Shown here: positions 40,933-53,384 of the stretch, piece after piece
Layout: every line of letters starts with the position of its first letter
Numbering within the stretch: position 1 is the first letter of the stretch
NCBI GenBank assembly: GCA_964016885.1
Contig: OZ024748.1
Location: forward strand, 51,460,001 to 51,524,000
DNA: 64,000 nt
Source: Eledone cirrhosa
Taxonomy: Eukaryota
Reading direction: 5' to 3'
Program-made: the position numbers and the translations under genes
The notes under the pieces: model-generated
What the model was told of the DNA's origin: nothing
Database searches by the model: none
What the model saw: only the letters and a program-made list of their open reading frames with translations

Positions 40933-41204
40933 GTAGTTTGTGATGGGGTTTGAGGTGTATTGGTGCAGTAGTTGCAACGATGATAATGGCTTTTGACGAG
41001 ATAGTCACAGCCTGTTGATGTCAGTTCCAACAACATCAGAATATAAATGGAATCTCATCACCATCACCATCATCTTCACCATCATCACCATCATCACCAC
41101 CATCTTCACCATCATCACCATCATCATCACCATCACTATAGCCAGTAAGGGAAGTTCAAACCTGCAACGCCTAATGTCTATATATGTGTTTGCATGTGAA
41201 TTTA

Positions 41205-41243
<39 letters not shown>

Positions 41244-41431
41244 GCATATATATATATGTATATGGATATACATATATATATGCATATGAATATGCATATA
41301 TATATGTATATATGAGCATATAAATATACATACATATATGCATATATGTATGTATATATATATATATATATTTTTATATATATATATATGAGCATATATA
41401 TATATATATAAGCATATAAATTTACATATGA

Positions 41432-41472
<41 letters not shown>

Positions 41473-41520
41473 CATATAAATATACATTTGAATGTATATA
41501 TATATATGTATATATATATA

Positions 41521-41570
<50 letters not shown>

Positions 41571-41581
41571 AATATACATAA

Positions 41582-41615
<34 letters not shown>

Positions 41616-41626
41616 ATAAATATATG

Positions 41627-41658
<32 letters not shown>

Positions 41659-41685
41659 CATAAATATATGTATATATATATATAC

Positions 41686-41755
<70 letters not shown>

Positions 41756-41834
41756 TTATCCTCATCCTCTTCATCATTACTATAACAGACAGGCTAAGTT
41801 CAAACCTGCAATGCTTCATGTTTTTTTTATCTAT

Positions 41835-42153
41835 AAGTGTGTGATTGTCTTTGTAAGTATATATATATGTGTGTGTGTGAGTGTGTGTGAATCTCTTTGT
41901 GTGTGTGTGTGCATGAGTGTGATAGTCTTTGTAAGTATGTGTGTGTGTGTGTGCGAGTTGATGAGTGTGTGTAATATGTGTGAGTGTGTTTGTGAGTGTG
42001 TATGTGCGAGTGTATGATTGTCTTTGTAAGTGTGAGTGTGTTTGAAAGTATGTGTGTGTGCGCGATTGCCTTTGGGTATGTGTGTGATTATCTGTGTGTG
42101 TTTGAGTGTGTGTATGTGTGTGTGGTTGAGTTTGTGTGTATGTGTGTCTGTTT

Positions 42154-42199
<46 letters not shown>

Positions 42200-42201
42200 T
42201 T

Positions 42202-42242
<41 letters not shown>

Positions 42243-42420
42243 GTTGAGTTTGTGTGTATGTGTGTCTGTTTGAGTGTGTGTGTGTGTATATGTGTGTTAG
42301 AGTGTGTGTGTGTATGTGTGTGTGGTTGAGTGTGTGTGTCTGTTTGAGTGTGTGTGTGTATGTGTGTTTGAGTGTGTGTGTGTGTGTGTATGTGTGTCTG
42401 AGTGTGTGTGTATGTGTGTC
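41835..42420. repeat. imperfect (GT)n array with recurring tttgag/gttgag spacers
   Basis: Direct inspection. Confidence 0.85.
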
Positions 42421-42559
42421 ATATATATATATATATATATTCTTTATTTCTTATTATTATTTTCTCAACACCATCTATAGTACAGACATTACCAAGTTGC
42501 TTTCCGAAAGTTATTCTGATTATACACGATCATTTGTGACAAGATTTTCACCCACTTTA

Positions 42560-43775
42560 AATGATGATGATGATGACGGTGGTGGTGGTGGTGGTGTTGG
42601 TGGTGTTGGTGGTGGTGTTGGTGGTGTTGGTGGTGGTAGTGTTGGAGGTGCTGGTGGTGATGATGGTGTTGTGGTGGTGTTGGTGGTGTTGTGGGGGTGA
42701 TGTTGGTGGTGGTGGTGTTGGTGGTGGTATTGGTGTTGGTGGTGGTGGAGGTGCTGGTGGTGATGGTGTTGTGGGGGTGATGTTGGTGGTGGTAGTGGTG
42801 GAGGTGGTGTTGGTGGAGGTGGTGTGGGTGGTGATGATGGTGTTGTGGGGGTGTTGGTGGTGTTGTGGGGTGATGTTGGTGGTGGTAGTGGTGGAGGTGG
42901 TGTTGGTGGTAGTGGTGGAGGTGGTGTTGGTGGAGGTGGTGGTGGTGTGGGTGGTGATGATGGTGTTGTGGGGGTGTTGGTGGTGTTGTGGGGGTGATGT
43001 TGGTGGTGGTAGTGGTGGAGGTGGTGTTGGTGGTAGTGGTGGAGGTGGTGTTGGTGGAGGTGGTGGTGGTGTGGGTGGTGATGATGGTGTTGTGGGGGTG
43101 TTGGTGGTGTTGTGGGGGTGATGTTGGTGGTGGTAGTGGTGGAGGTGGTGTTGGTGGTAGTGGTGGAGGTGGTGTTGGTGGAGGTGGTGGTGGTGTGGGT
43201 GGTGATGATGGTGTTGTGGGGGTGTTGGTGGTGTTGTGGGGGTGATGTTGGTGGTGGTAGTGGTGGAGGTGGTGGTGGTGGAGGTGCTGATCGTGATGGT
43301 GCTGTGGGGGTGATGGTGGTGTTGGTGGTGTTGTGGGGGCGATGTTGGTGGTGGTGGTAGTGGTGGAGGTGCTGGTGGTGGTTTTGGTATTGGTGGTGGT
43401 GTTGGTGGTGGTGGTGGTATTGATGGTGGTGTTGGTGTTGATGGTGGTGGTGTTGGTGTAGATGGTGGTGGTGGTGGTGTTGGTGGCAGTGGTGATGCTG
43501 ATGGTGGTGTTGGTGTTGATGGTGGCAGTGGTGGTGTTGGTGGTAGTGTTGGTGTTGATGGTGGTGGTGTTGGTGGTGGTGTTGGTGTTGATGGTTGCGT
43601 TGGTAGCAGTGGTGGTGTTGATGGCAGTGGTGGTGTTGGTGGTGGTGTTGGTGTTGGTGGCAGTGGTGGTGTTGGTGACAGTGTTGGTGGTGGTGGTGGT
43701 TGTGGTCGCAGTGGTGGTGGTGGTGCTGATGGCAGTGGTGGTGTTGGTGGCAGTGGTGGTGTTGGTGGTTGTAAA
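42560..43775. repeat. (GGT)n-derived low-complexity array with a 124-bp duplicated block
   Basis: Identical blocks at about 42864, 42988 and 43112. Confidence 0.85.
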
Positions 43776-44178
43776 AATAAGAATAATGTTCATGTTGATG
43801 ATAGTTATGATGAGAAATATGAGGAAGGTGCAGAGATGGTGGTGCAGAGATGGTGGTGTAGAGAGGGCGGGGGAAACAGAGGGTGGTGTACAGAGGGTGG
43901 GGTAGAAAGGGTGGGGTTGAGAGGGCGGAGTAGAGAATGGTGGCAGAGTAGACAATGATGAGAATGATACTGAAGTAGATGCAGAATATAAAAATGATTT
44001 TTTAGTGTTTTTTTCATATCCAACAGACGGAACATTGTGTCTGATGCATGGAATAATAATAATAATAATAATAATAAATAATAACAACAACATTGATGGT
44101 AATAACATCAATAACAAAAACAACAATAATACTAATAACAACAGCTAATAATATTTATGATAGTAGTAGTTGTGGTGT

Positions 44179-44213
<35 letters not shown>

Positions 44214-44903
44214 CTAATAGTAGTAGTAGTAACAAAGACAGCAAATAACAGCAAAATAAAAAAATGACAGAACAATGAAAAAAATCAAAAGAATGAAAAA
44301 TAAAAAAATAAGAAAAAATAAAACACCACTAAATTAAAACAAAAAAACACAAAAAAAATCACTTATAAATAGTCTGGTCTAAAGCATTTTTTTTTTATTT
44401 ATCTATTTCAACATCTTTATATATATATATACTCCAAGATATACTCTTCCCATTCAATTCCACATCACACTTGATGATTAACTCAACTTGCTGACATTGG
44501 GATTTATATATAGAATGGTTTTATCTACTTATATAATCTATAGAAGACAGAAGATGACGACAACAGCTGATAAATGACCAGCATGAAAGTGTTAAGATAT
44601 TGGAAATGGCAAAGCATTACATGTGTCTCTCTATCTATATTTATGCATGTGTATAACTTATGTGTGTGTGTGTGTGTGTGTTTATATTCATATATATGTG
44701 ACTGTGTGTGTATGTATGTTTATATATATATCATCATATATATATATATATAAATAAAAAAGAGAGACGGTTCTATTCGTACATCATTATATTACATAAT
44801 TCTATTATACGTATTTCAAATATATATATATATGTGTGTATATGTATGTGTATATATATATATGTGTGTGTTTGTGTGTATACATATACATACATACATA
44901 TAT

Positions 44904-44956
<53 letters not shown>

Positions 44957-45008
44957 CAACATGAAAAAGAAAGCATTTCATCATCCTGATAATACACAAT
45001 ATTATATA

Positions 45009-45064
<56 letters not shown>

Positions 45065-45335
45065 AGTAGAAGTTGTATTTCATTTGTCGGAAGTCCAGCA
45101 AATATAAATGTTTATAACTGATTTAGAGTACTCAACAGTTTACTGGAGTAAATATTCAATGATATTAAATGAATGGAAACTATATTTATAAAACCATATT
45201 TATTTTATTATATATATTTTAAGGGCAACCAATACAACATTGGTACGCTTTCATCAGATAAAATACAAAGTTTGTTTTATAAATAGAGACATACCCATAG
45301 AAATCATACCTTATCGGTTGGAAATTCACTGGGTA
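45065..45335 (-). mobile_element. family B element with a mutated hammerhead (GAAA to AAAA) at 45201-45265
   Basis: Reverse complement reads tattttat-CTGATGA-aagcgtaccaa...ttggttgccctt-AAAA-tatatata-ataaaata. The tail contains GTTGAGTACTC. Confidence 0.65.
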
Positions 45336-45373
<38 letters not shown>

Positions 45374-45577
45374 CAACTTATACAAAATCATCACTGAGGG
45401 CTAGATTACTGTAAAAGCATATTTCCCTAAGGATAAAAAATATTATCTGCAGTTTCAAAGTCCAAAAGAATAACAGATGGCCCTTCAATAGATTGATATC
45501 GCCATTGTTACTAGAATGGACTTCTCCTCAGAGGATTTATTCTGTAAGGTATGAGAAAATAAATATATATATATATA

Positions 45578-45888
45578 TATACCTGTTAATAGAATTGTGT
45601 TAATATTTCATTTTAACCAGCATGTTGTAAGAAATTAATCCTGCATGAATGTGTAGATCTATCAACAAGGTAAAAAATATTCATATAAAAGGACAAAACT
45701 GATGAAGCCAAAATTCCACTGGACTATATTGACTGCTATATTTCTAATGGAATTTTGGCTTCATCAGTTTTGTCCTTTTATATGAATATTTTTTACCTTG
45801 TTGATAGATCTACACATGCATGCAGGATTAATTTCTACAACATGCTGGTTAAAATGAAATATTAACACAATTCTATTAACAGGTATAT
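45578..45888. repeat. long near-perfect inverted repeat (arms of about 140 bp) between (TA)n tracts
   Basis: acctgttaatagaattgtg...ctgatgaagccaaaattcca / tggaattttggcttcatcag...cacaattctattaacaggt, with a spacer of about 30 nt. Confidence 0.9.
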
Positions 45889-45898
45889 ATATATATAT

Positions 45899-46351
45899 GC
45901 AAAAGTTCTATTTAAAGTTGTTGGGATACAACAGGTAAATATTTTTATAACTGATATAAAGCACTCGACAAGTTTTTGGAGTAGATATACGATATTAATA
46001 AATGGAAACTATATTTATAGAACCATATTTATTTCATTATACATATTTCAGGGATACCACATTAAATTATGGTATGCCTTCATCAGACAAAATACAATAT
46101 ATAACAGTTTTACAAATAGCTTTGGCGTACCCTTTTAAAATGCAACCATTACTTTTGGAGGCCTATCCAGAGAGCCTCCAAAAGTAATGGTTGCATTTTA
46201 AAAGGGTACGTCAAAGCTATTTGTAAAACTGTTATATATTGTATTTTGTCTGATGAAGGCATACCATAATTTAATGTGGTATCCCTGAAATATGTATAAT
46301 GAAATAAATATGGTTTTATAAATATAGTTTCCATTTATTAATATCGTATAT
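45899..46351 (-). mobile_element. fold-back hammerhead element, family B, with near-perfect arms of about 178 bp
   Basis: 45985-46162 is the reverse complement of 46174-46351 (11-nt loop). Both arms carry an intact CTGATGA...GAAA...TA core. The tail with TCGAGTGC lies on the left. Confidence 0.8.
46242..46306 (+). ncRNA. type I hammerhead ribozyme motif (family B), with a mirror copy on the minus strand at 46030-46094
   Basis: tattttgt-CTGATGA-aggcataccata...tgtggtatccct-GAAA-tatgta-TA-atgaaata. Confidence 0.75.
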
Positions 46352-46352
46352 A

Positions 46353-46384
<32 letters not shown>

Positions 46385-46393
46385 CATATACAT

Positions 46394-46427
<34 letters not shown>

Positions 46428-46441
46428 ATATATATATATAT

Positions 46442-46772
46442 AGGCACATGGCTTAGTGGTTAGAGCATTGGCCTTGCAATCGAAAGGTTGTGAGTTCAAT
46501 TCTCAGACCGGGTGATGTGTTGTTTCCTTGAGCAAGACACTTTATTTCACATTGCTCCAGTTTACTCAGCTGTAGAAATGAGATGATAGGGACTGGGGTC
46601 CCTATCATTCCACTGCAAAGTGGTCGTGGAGGTGCCACGGCAAAAAAAACACCCACCACTCACTGTAAATGAGGTTGGTGTTAGGAAGGGCATCCAGCTG
46701 TAGAAATCAAGCCAGAATCAGTTCCCGTCTCACCCTTGCAAGCAGGGAAAAGTGGACGTAAAATGATGATGA
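46442..46772 (+). mobile_element. tRNA-derived SINE with CORE-like body, 48-bp modules and RTE tail (family T1)
   Basis: A box TGGCTTAGTGG, B box GAGTTCAATTC, tccttgagcaagacacttta, hairpin atgatagggac/gtccctatcat, ttaggaagggcatccagctg, and a tail essentially identical to the RTE copy at 10250-10298. Confidence 0.85.
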
Positions 46773-47236
46773 TAAATAACACATGCACTCATACATAATA
46801 TCGACACTAATACACAGACATTTTACTTAGCATTCCAATTTATGTTACCAAGACTACCTAACGGCTTGTCTTGTTTATGGCAGCATCGGTAGAGCGTCAA
46901 ACACCATGCTTTACAGCATAGAGTTATGGCCCTTTACTTTCTGGGTTCAAATCCCACCGAGGTTAACTTTGCCTTTCATCCTTACGGGGTTGATAAAATA
47001 AAGTACCAGTAATGCTCTGGGATAATTGCTGGCCTTGTGCCAAAAGGAGAAAAAAATTATTTTTGTTTTTATACTACTACTATCATTTATTATCTGTCTC
47101 TCTCCTCCGTGATCCTGTCTCTAATTTCCGTACTCCTGAAAAAAGGCTAAAGCCTGACAGTCTCAAACTTTCTTTCCCCTTTTCCATATAAAGCATGAAA
47201 CTAATAAGACTTCTTAGTTTCTCTGTTTTATCGTTT

Positions 47237-47275
<39 letters not shown>

Positions 47276-47334
47276 GATTTCATTATTTGATATATATGTG
47301 TGGATTTCATATTTTGATTTCATTATTTGATAAA

Positions 47335-47525
47335 AGGCGGTGGATTGGCAGTATCAGTAGAGGGTCGGACGCCATGCTTTCCAGCATAGTTACGTCCCTT
47401 TACGATCTGAGTTCAAATCCCGCCGAGGTTGACTTTGCCTTTCATCCTTACAGGGTCGATAAAATAAAGTTCCAGTAATGCACTGGGTAATTGCTGGCCT
47501 TGTGCCTAAAGTAGAGACAATTATT
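47335..47525 (+). mobile_element. tRNA-derived SINE family M (about 190 bp)
   Basis: B box GAGTTCAAATCC, central ttgcctttcatcctta..gggtcgataaaataaagt.ccag, tail agaaacaattatt. Copies at about 16010-16195(-), 16830-17003, 18465-18647, 18670-18845, 32980-33165(-), 38985-39135, 46875-47060, 51500-51765(-), 57243-57425(-) and 61880-62102. Confidence 0.85.
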
Positions 47526-48179
47526 TGATATTCAGTGAGGGCAGTAGTGGATTGGAAAAGTTGTTACAGTATTAGAGAAATGTTGTTCCAAATCTTTACT
47601 TCGTCAGTTCAAATCATTCAGCAATCAACTTTGCCCTACATCTTTCAAAGATCAATAAAATAAAATACCAGTCATGTTCTGTAGTCTGTTAGTTCATTTG
47701 ATTGACTTTCCCCTCCCCACAAATTGATGGCTTTGTGCCTAAATTAGAAACCATTATTGTATGTTCACGCATATGCAAAAAGTAAAAGGAAACAATCAAG
47801 CAAACAACATAGTGCAATGATGAAATATATTAATTTAACGCTTGATATAGTAGAAAAAGTGCCTTTACATTTCAGAGACTGGTCCTTAATTAAAAGGTAG
47901 AATAAGGAATAAAAGATGAAATAGAATGAAAAATAAAGGAAGAAATAGAACGATAGAGAGTGAACAGTGGAAGGAATGGACAAAAAACTTTTGAGAAGAA
48001 GCAGGTGTGTATTCAGTCAGCCATTTTGGAATAAATATATCCATTTAGTATATGTATGTATAATATGAAAAAGAGAATCATGGATGTATTTATGTACCAT
48101 AATAACAGGTGTGTAAGTCTCAGCTTTATGTTAAATACAATATTCTCAATACATCATGTATTTTGAATTAAGGTTTTGT

Positions 48180-48360
48180 GGGACAGACTTTATAGAGACC
48201 CTGATGTAGACCTTTAGTAACATGGCTGGATAACATCCATTACTCTGGTTGGTTTCTCCTGAGGATCCAGTCAAATCATTTGGAGACGGTTGCTTCCAAA
48301 CACACCCTATGGATGCTGTGACTGAGGACTCTGCCCCTACAGGCTCTTGAGGAGGAGATT
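48180..48360 (+). mobile_element. third LINE family (RTE-like), 3' end
   Basis: tggctggataacatccat...gaggatccag...ttggagacggttgcttc is shared with 54476-54690 (-) and 62900-63165 (+). Confidence 0.65.
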
Positions 48361-48499
48361 TTGTTTGTCCTACTGATAAGCTACATGCTAGTGATAGGGG
48401 TGCAGGGCTGTTGGTGGTGGTGCTGTTATAGTTGGTATTGATGTGTGTGGTCATGAGTGTATTGATGGTGTTAGTGTCATGTCTGACGTTTCTGTTGGT

Positions 48500-50008
48500 G
48501 TGTAGTGGTGGTGGTGGTGGTGTTAGTGTGGTTGGTAGTGCTACTGTTGGTGTGTGATAGTGATGGTGATGTTAGCGTGATTGGTGGTGTTACTGTTGGT
48601 GTGTGATGGTGGTGGTGGTGGTGGTGGGTGTCACTGCTGGTGTGTGATGGTGGTGGTGTCACTGTTGGTGTGTGATGGTGGTGGTGGGGGTGTCACTGCT
48701 GGTGTGTGATGGTGGTGGTGGTGTTAGTGTGATTGGTGGTGTCGCTGTTGGTGTGTGATGGTGGTGGTGGTGGTGTCACTGTTGGTGTGTGATGGTGGTG
48801 GTGGTGGTGTCACTGCTGGTGTGTGATGGTGGAAGTGGTGTTAATGTGGTTGGTGGTGTTACTGTTGGTGTGTGATGGTGATGGTGGTGGTGTCACTGCT
48901 GGTGTGAGATGGTGGTGCTACTGTTGGTGTGTGATGGTGGTGGTGGTGCTACTGTTGGTGTGAGATGGTGGTGGTGGTGCTACTGTTGGTGTGAGATGGT
49001 GGTGGTGGTGGTGCTACTGTTGGTGTGAGATGGTGGTGGTGGTGCTACTGTTGGTGTGAGATGGTGGTGGTGGTGCTACAGTTGGTGTGAGATGGTGGTG
49101 GCGGTGCTACTGTTGGTGTGAGATGGTGGTGGTGGTGCTACAGTTGGTGTGAGATGGTGGTGGCGGTGCTACTGTTGGTGTGAGATGGTGGTGGTGGTGC
49201 TACAGTTGGTGTGAGATGGTGGTGGTGTGTGGTGGTGGTGGTGCTACTGTTGGTGTGAGATGGTGGTGGTGGTGCTACAGTTGGTGTGAGATGGTGGTGG
49301 CGGTGCTACTGTTGGTGTGAGATGGTGGTGGTGGTGCTACAGTTGGTGTGAGATGGTGGTGGTGTGTGGTGGTGGTGGTGCTACAGTTGGTGTGAGATGG
49401 TGGTGGCGGTGCTACTGTTGGTGTGAGATGGTGGTGGTGGTGCTACAGTTGGTGTGAGATGGTGGTGGTGTGTGGTGGTGGTGGTGCTACTGTTGGTGTG
49501 AGATGGTGGTGTGTGTGGTGGTGGTGGTGCTACTGTTGGTGTGTGATGGTGGTGGTGGTGGTGTCACTGTTGGTGTGAGATGGTGGTGGTGGTGCTACAG
49601 TTGGTGTGAGATGGTGGTGGTGTGTGGTGGTGGTGGTGCTACTGTTGGTGTGAGATGGTGGTGGTGTGTGGTGGTGGTGGTGCTACTGTTGGTGTGAGAT
49701 GGTGGTGGCGGTGCTACTGTTGGTGTGAGATGGTGGTGGTGTGTGGTGGTGGTGGTGCTACTGTTGGTGTGAGATGGTGGTGGTGGTGGTGGGGGTGGTG
49801 CTAATGTTGGTGTGAGATGGTGGTGGTGCTACTGTTGGTGTGAGTTGGTGGTGGTGGTGGTGGTGGTGGTGGTGCTAATGTTGGTGTGAGATGGTGGTGG
49901 TGGTGGTGCTACTGTTGGTGTGAGATGGTGGTGGTGGTGGTGGTGGTGGTGCTACTGTTGGTGTGAGATGGTGGTGGTGGTGGTGGTGGTGGTGCTACTG
50001 TTGGTGGG
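48500..50008. repeat. minisatellite of about 30 bp, (ggt)n-gctactgttggtgtgagat
   Basis: Direct inspection. More than 40 variable-length units. Confidence 0.9.
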
Positions 50009-50295
50009 TTCCAATTCAGATCTTTCTAGTTTCCCTTCTTTCACTCCATATTTATTATGGTGTATACAGAAAAGATGAATAATATTTTAATGAGTGCAAA
50101 GTAATATAAATATATATATATATATATGTATATACACACACACACATATATACACCTGTTTATTCATTTCGGTTGCTTTTGTTCTTAGTTTTCTTTTATT
50201 TATTCTTTACTTTCTTTGTGAGGGGGGCAGGTATGTTATGCATATATATATCAACGTCATTATCATCTCTCTCTCTCTCTTTATATATATACACA

Positions 50296-50416
<121 letters not shown>

Positions 50417-51019
50417 GTGCAGAGACAGGAAGGGAAAAATAAATACACCTAAGTATGTAAATACATAAATATAATTAAATGTGCGTCTGCATGTATGTGT
50501 ATGTGTATGTGTGTATGTACATATCTACCAGTATATGTACATATCTATGTATATTTACCTATATATCTATCTATGTATATAAGAGAGAAAACCTCAATAC
50601 ATATCTATGATGAATGTTGTATTATTATGATATCTTCTATTTGGAGATATTTCCTACTGTATTGTTTTTCTTATATTTGTTGTTGTTGTATATGTTGTTG
50701 TTGCTTTTCTTGTATATGTTGTTTTTGTGCTGTATCTCTTGTACATGTTATTGTTGTTGTTTTTCTTATTTATAATGTTTTCCGTATATATGTTATTGTT
50801 TTCCTTGTATATGTTGTTGTTACCAATATATTATTTCTCTTTTACATATTAAGGTAGTAGTTGCTGTTAACATGGTTTTCCTAAAACAAGAAACTCAGTG
50901 CGAGCTTCTTTTTTCTTCTAGTATTCTATAGTTGTTTATGTTTGTTTATGTAATTATTTACTGTTAGCATGGTTTATATATAGTTGGATATTTCTTTGTT
51001 TTACTTTTAATTTCTTATG

Positions 51020-51075
51020 TATCTCTCTCTCTATATATATATATATATGTGTGTGTGTGTTTATCCCAGGTTCAA

Positions 51076-51132
<57 letters not shown>

Positions 51133-51147
51133 TTTTCCAGGGTTCAA

Positions 51148-51196
<49 letters not shown>

Positions 51197-51221
51197 TTAT
51201 CCCGGGTTCAATCTCTCTCTC

Positions 51222-51256
<35 letters not shown>

Positions 51257-51333
51257 TTATCCCGGGTTCAATCTCTCTCTCTCTATATATATATATGCGT
51301 GTGTGTGTGTGTGTGTTTATCCCAGGTTCAATC
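51020..51333. repeat. composite tandem array, 5 x [(CT)n(TA)n(TG)n + tttatcccrggttcaatc]
   Basis: Direct inspection. Period 60-73 bp. Confidence 0.9.
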
Positions 51334-51430
51334 GGGGGTAACCACAGTAAATAAGGTACTCAACATATAGCAGAGTATAAATATTTAATGAAACAGTTCT
51401 AGTCCTGTAGAAGCCATTTCTATTAAATAT
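51315..51430 (-). mobile_element. family A element remnant (tail plus inverted partial hammerhead)
   Basis: Same tail as 13485 and 28197, plus gaaacagttctagtcctgtagaa on the plus strand. Confidence 0.65.
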
Positions 51431-51448
51431 ATATATATATATATATAA

Positions 51449-51491
<43 letters not shown>

Positions 51492-52439
51492 GTAATAATA
51501 ATAATTGTTTCTACTTTTGGCTCAAGGCCAGAAATTACCCAGTGTATTACTGGTACTTTATTTTATCAACCCCGTAAAGATGAAAGGCAAAGTTAACCTC
51601 GGCGGGATTTGAACTCAGATCATAAAGGGACGTAACCCTATGCTTCAAAGCATGGTGTCCGACCCTCTACCGATACTGCCAATCCACCGCCTTAATAATA
51701 ATAATTGTTTCTACATTTGGTACAAGGCCAGCAATTACCCAGTACTTTATTTTATCGACCCCGTAATCAAGTTATAGTGTGTTAGTTCACTATTTTCATT
51801 GGTAAGATAAGTTAAGCTCAATGTCCTCTTTCACACTTCGTTCTTCGGGAGCAAATAGTTAGTAGAGTAAAGTGCCTTATGTTGAGTTACTCAACAAAGA
51901 ATTTTCCGTTTTTCTCCACTATTGGTGAAACAGTCATAGGTGTATAAATAAACAAATATAATATTTATATATATATATAGGTAGTAGAGCAGTAATATTC
52001 AAAATGATAAAAGACCAAGCTTAACAACTTAAATCCATTCCTTAATTTCTATATGGCTACAATAATACATGTATATGCAAACAATTGGAAATAATTAATT
52101 AGCAATTATTAACACGATGCATCATACATATAACTGCATTTCTTCAGGAAATGTGAGATGGACAAAATTTACCAAATTCAAAAAGTAATAAGAATATACC
52201 CATTCCAAACACTGAGTGTAAAACAGCCAATTAAATATAAAAACAATTTGTACATGGTGTTCTTGCAACATGCAAAATTCTAGGTTGAGGTAAAAAGCAT
52301 TACATCATTATCATTTATAATATTATTATTAATTTTCTTATAGAGTTAGAATAATATTTGTTTTTAGTTAGATTTATAGGAGTGGAAGTGATTTAAGAGG
52401 CAGCAGTAAGCATTTCATGTTTATATATATATATATTTT

Positions 52440-52587
52440 TTTTAATATAGAAAAGCTTCTACAGGTCTAGAACAAATGAAACAGTTCTAGTCATGTAGAA
52501 GCTTTTCTATATTAAAACATTTATACTCTGCTATGTATTGAGTACCTTATTTACTGTAGTTACCCCTGATTGAACCCAGAATAACTT
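52440..52587 (+). mobile_element. family A fold-back remnant
   Basis: tttaatatagaaaagcttctaca...tgtagaagcttttctatattaaa inverted arms, followed by the family A tail. Confidence 0.7.
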
Positions 52588-52842
52588 ATATCATCATCAT
52601 CATCACCGTTTTACGTCCGTTCTTCCATGCTAGCATGGGTTAGACGGGTTGTCCTATTGTGGGCATTGTCTGGTCGGCTGACCATGCCTTGCTCATACAG
52701 GAACTGATTTCGGCTTGATTTCTACAGCTGGATGCCCTTCCTAACACCAACCTCATTTACAGTGAGTGCTGGGTGCTTTTTCCGTGGCGCCTACATGTCC
52801 ACTTTACATGTATATATATATATATATCTATATATATATATA

Positions 52843-52943
52843 CAGGGTGTCATCCCAAAATATATACCCATGTCAATATCATCCAAAGAAATATTGCCTA
52901 TACAGGTAATTAAAGTGTGTATACATTTTGGAGGAACACTCTC
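52843..52943. mobile_element. short Tc1/mariner-type MITE in (TA)n
   Basis: TA|CAGGGTGT..CCAAAATATATAC ... GTATACATTTTGG..ACACTCT, imperfect TIRs. Confidence 0.55.
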
Positions 52944-52961
52944 TATATATATATATATATA

Positions 52962-53295
52962 TCATCATCATTTCATTTTACGTCCGCTTTTCCCTGCTTG
53001 CAAGGGTGGGATGGGAACTGATTCTGGCTTGATTTCTACAGCTGGATGCCCTTCCTAACACCAACCTCATTTACAGTAAGTGCTAGGTGCTTTTTTGCCG
53101 TGGCACTCCACGACCACTTTGCAGTGGAATGATAGGGACCCCAGTCCCTATCATCTCATTTCTACAGCTGAGGAAACTGGAGCAATGTGAAATAAAGTGT
53201 CTTGCTCAAGGAAACAACACATTACCCGGTCTGAGAATTGAACTCACAACCTTTCGATTACAAGGCCAATGCTCTAACCACTAAACCATGTGCCT
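52962..53295 (-). mobile_element. SINE family T1
   Basis: Reverse complement of 46442-46772. Confidence 0.85.
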
Positions 53296-53384
53296 AATAA
53301 TATATAAGAAGAATACATAAATTACCATTAATACTAATATTAATGTGGTTCTTATATACAGACTGCGTAGTGGGTTCAATTAGC

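Noticed and set aside
39054-41036. 660-, 586- and 582-aa ORFs rich in P/T/H/C
   Set aside because: Open in all frames because the minisatellite lacks stop codons on that strand. No domain or splice evidence.
42489-44141. 550-aa mucin-like ORF with a hydrophobic N-terminus
   Set aside because: Made entirely of (TTA/TTG)n and (ACC)n simple repeats. The apparent signal peptide is a microsatellite translation.
45453-45548. possible exon (ctgcag|...|gtatga) with one open frame
   Set aside because: No recognisable protein similarity and no partner exons. It cannot be supported without transcript data.
46442-46510. tRNA gene
   Set aside because: A and B boxes are present, but there is no complete cloverleaf and it is the head of a multi-copy SINE.
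48146-48454. 102-aa minus-strand ORF as a host exon
   Set aside because: The GC-richer part is the antisense of a LINE 3' fragment also present at 54476 and 62900.
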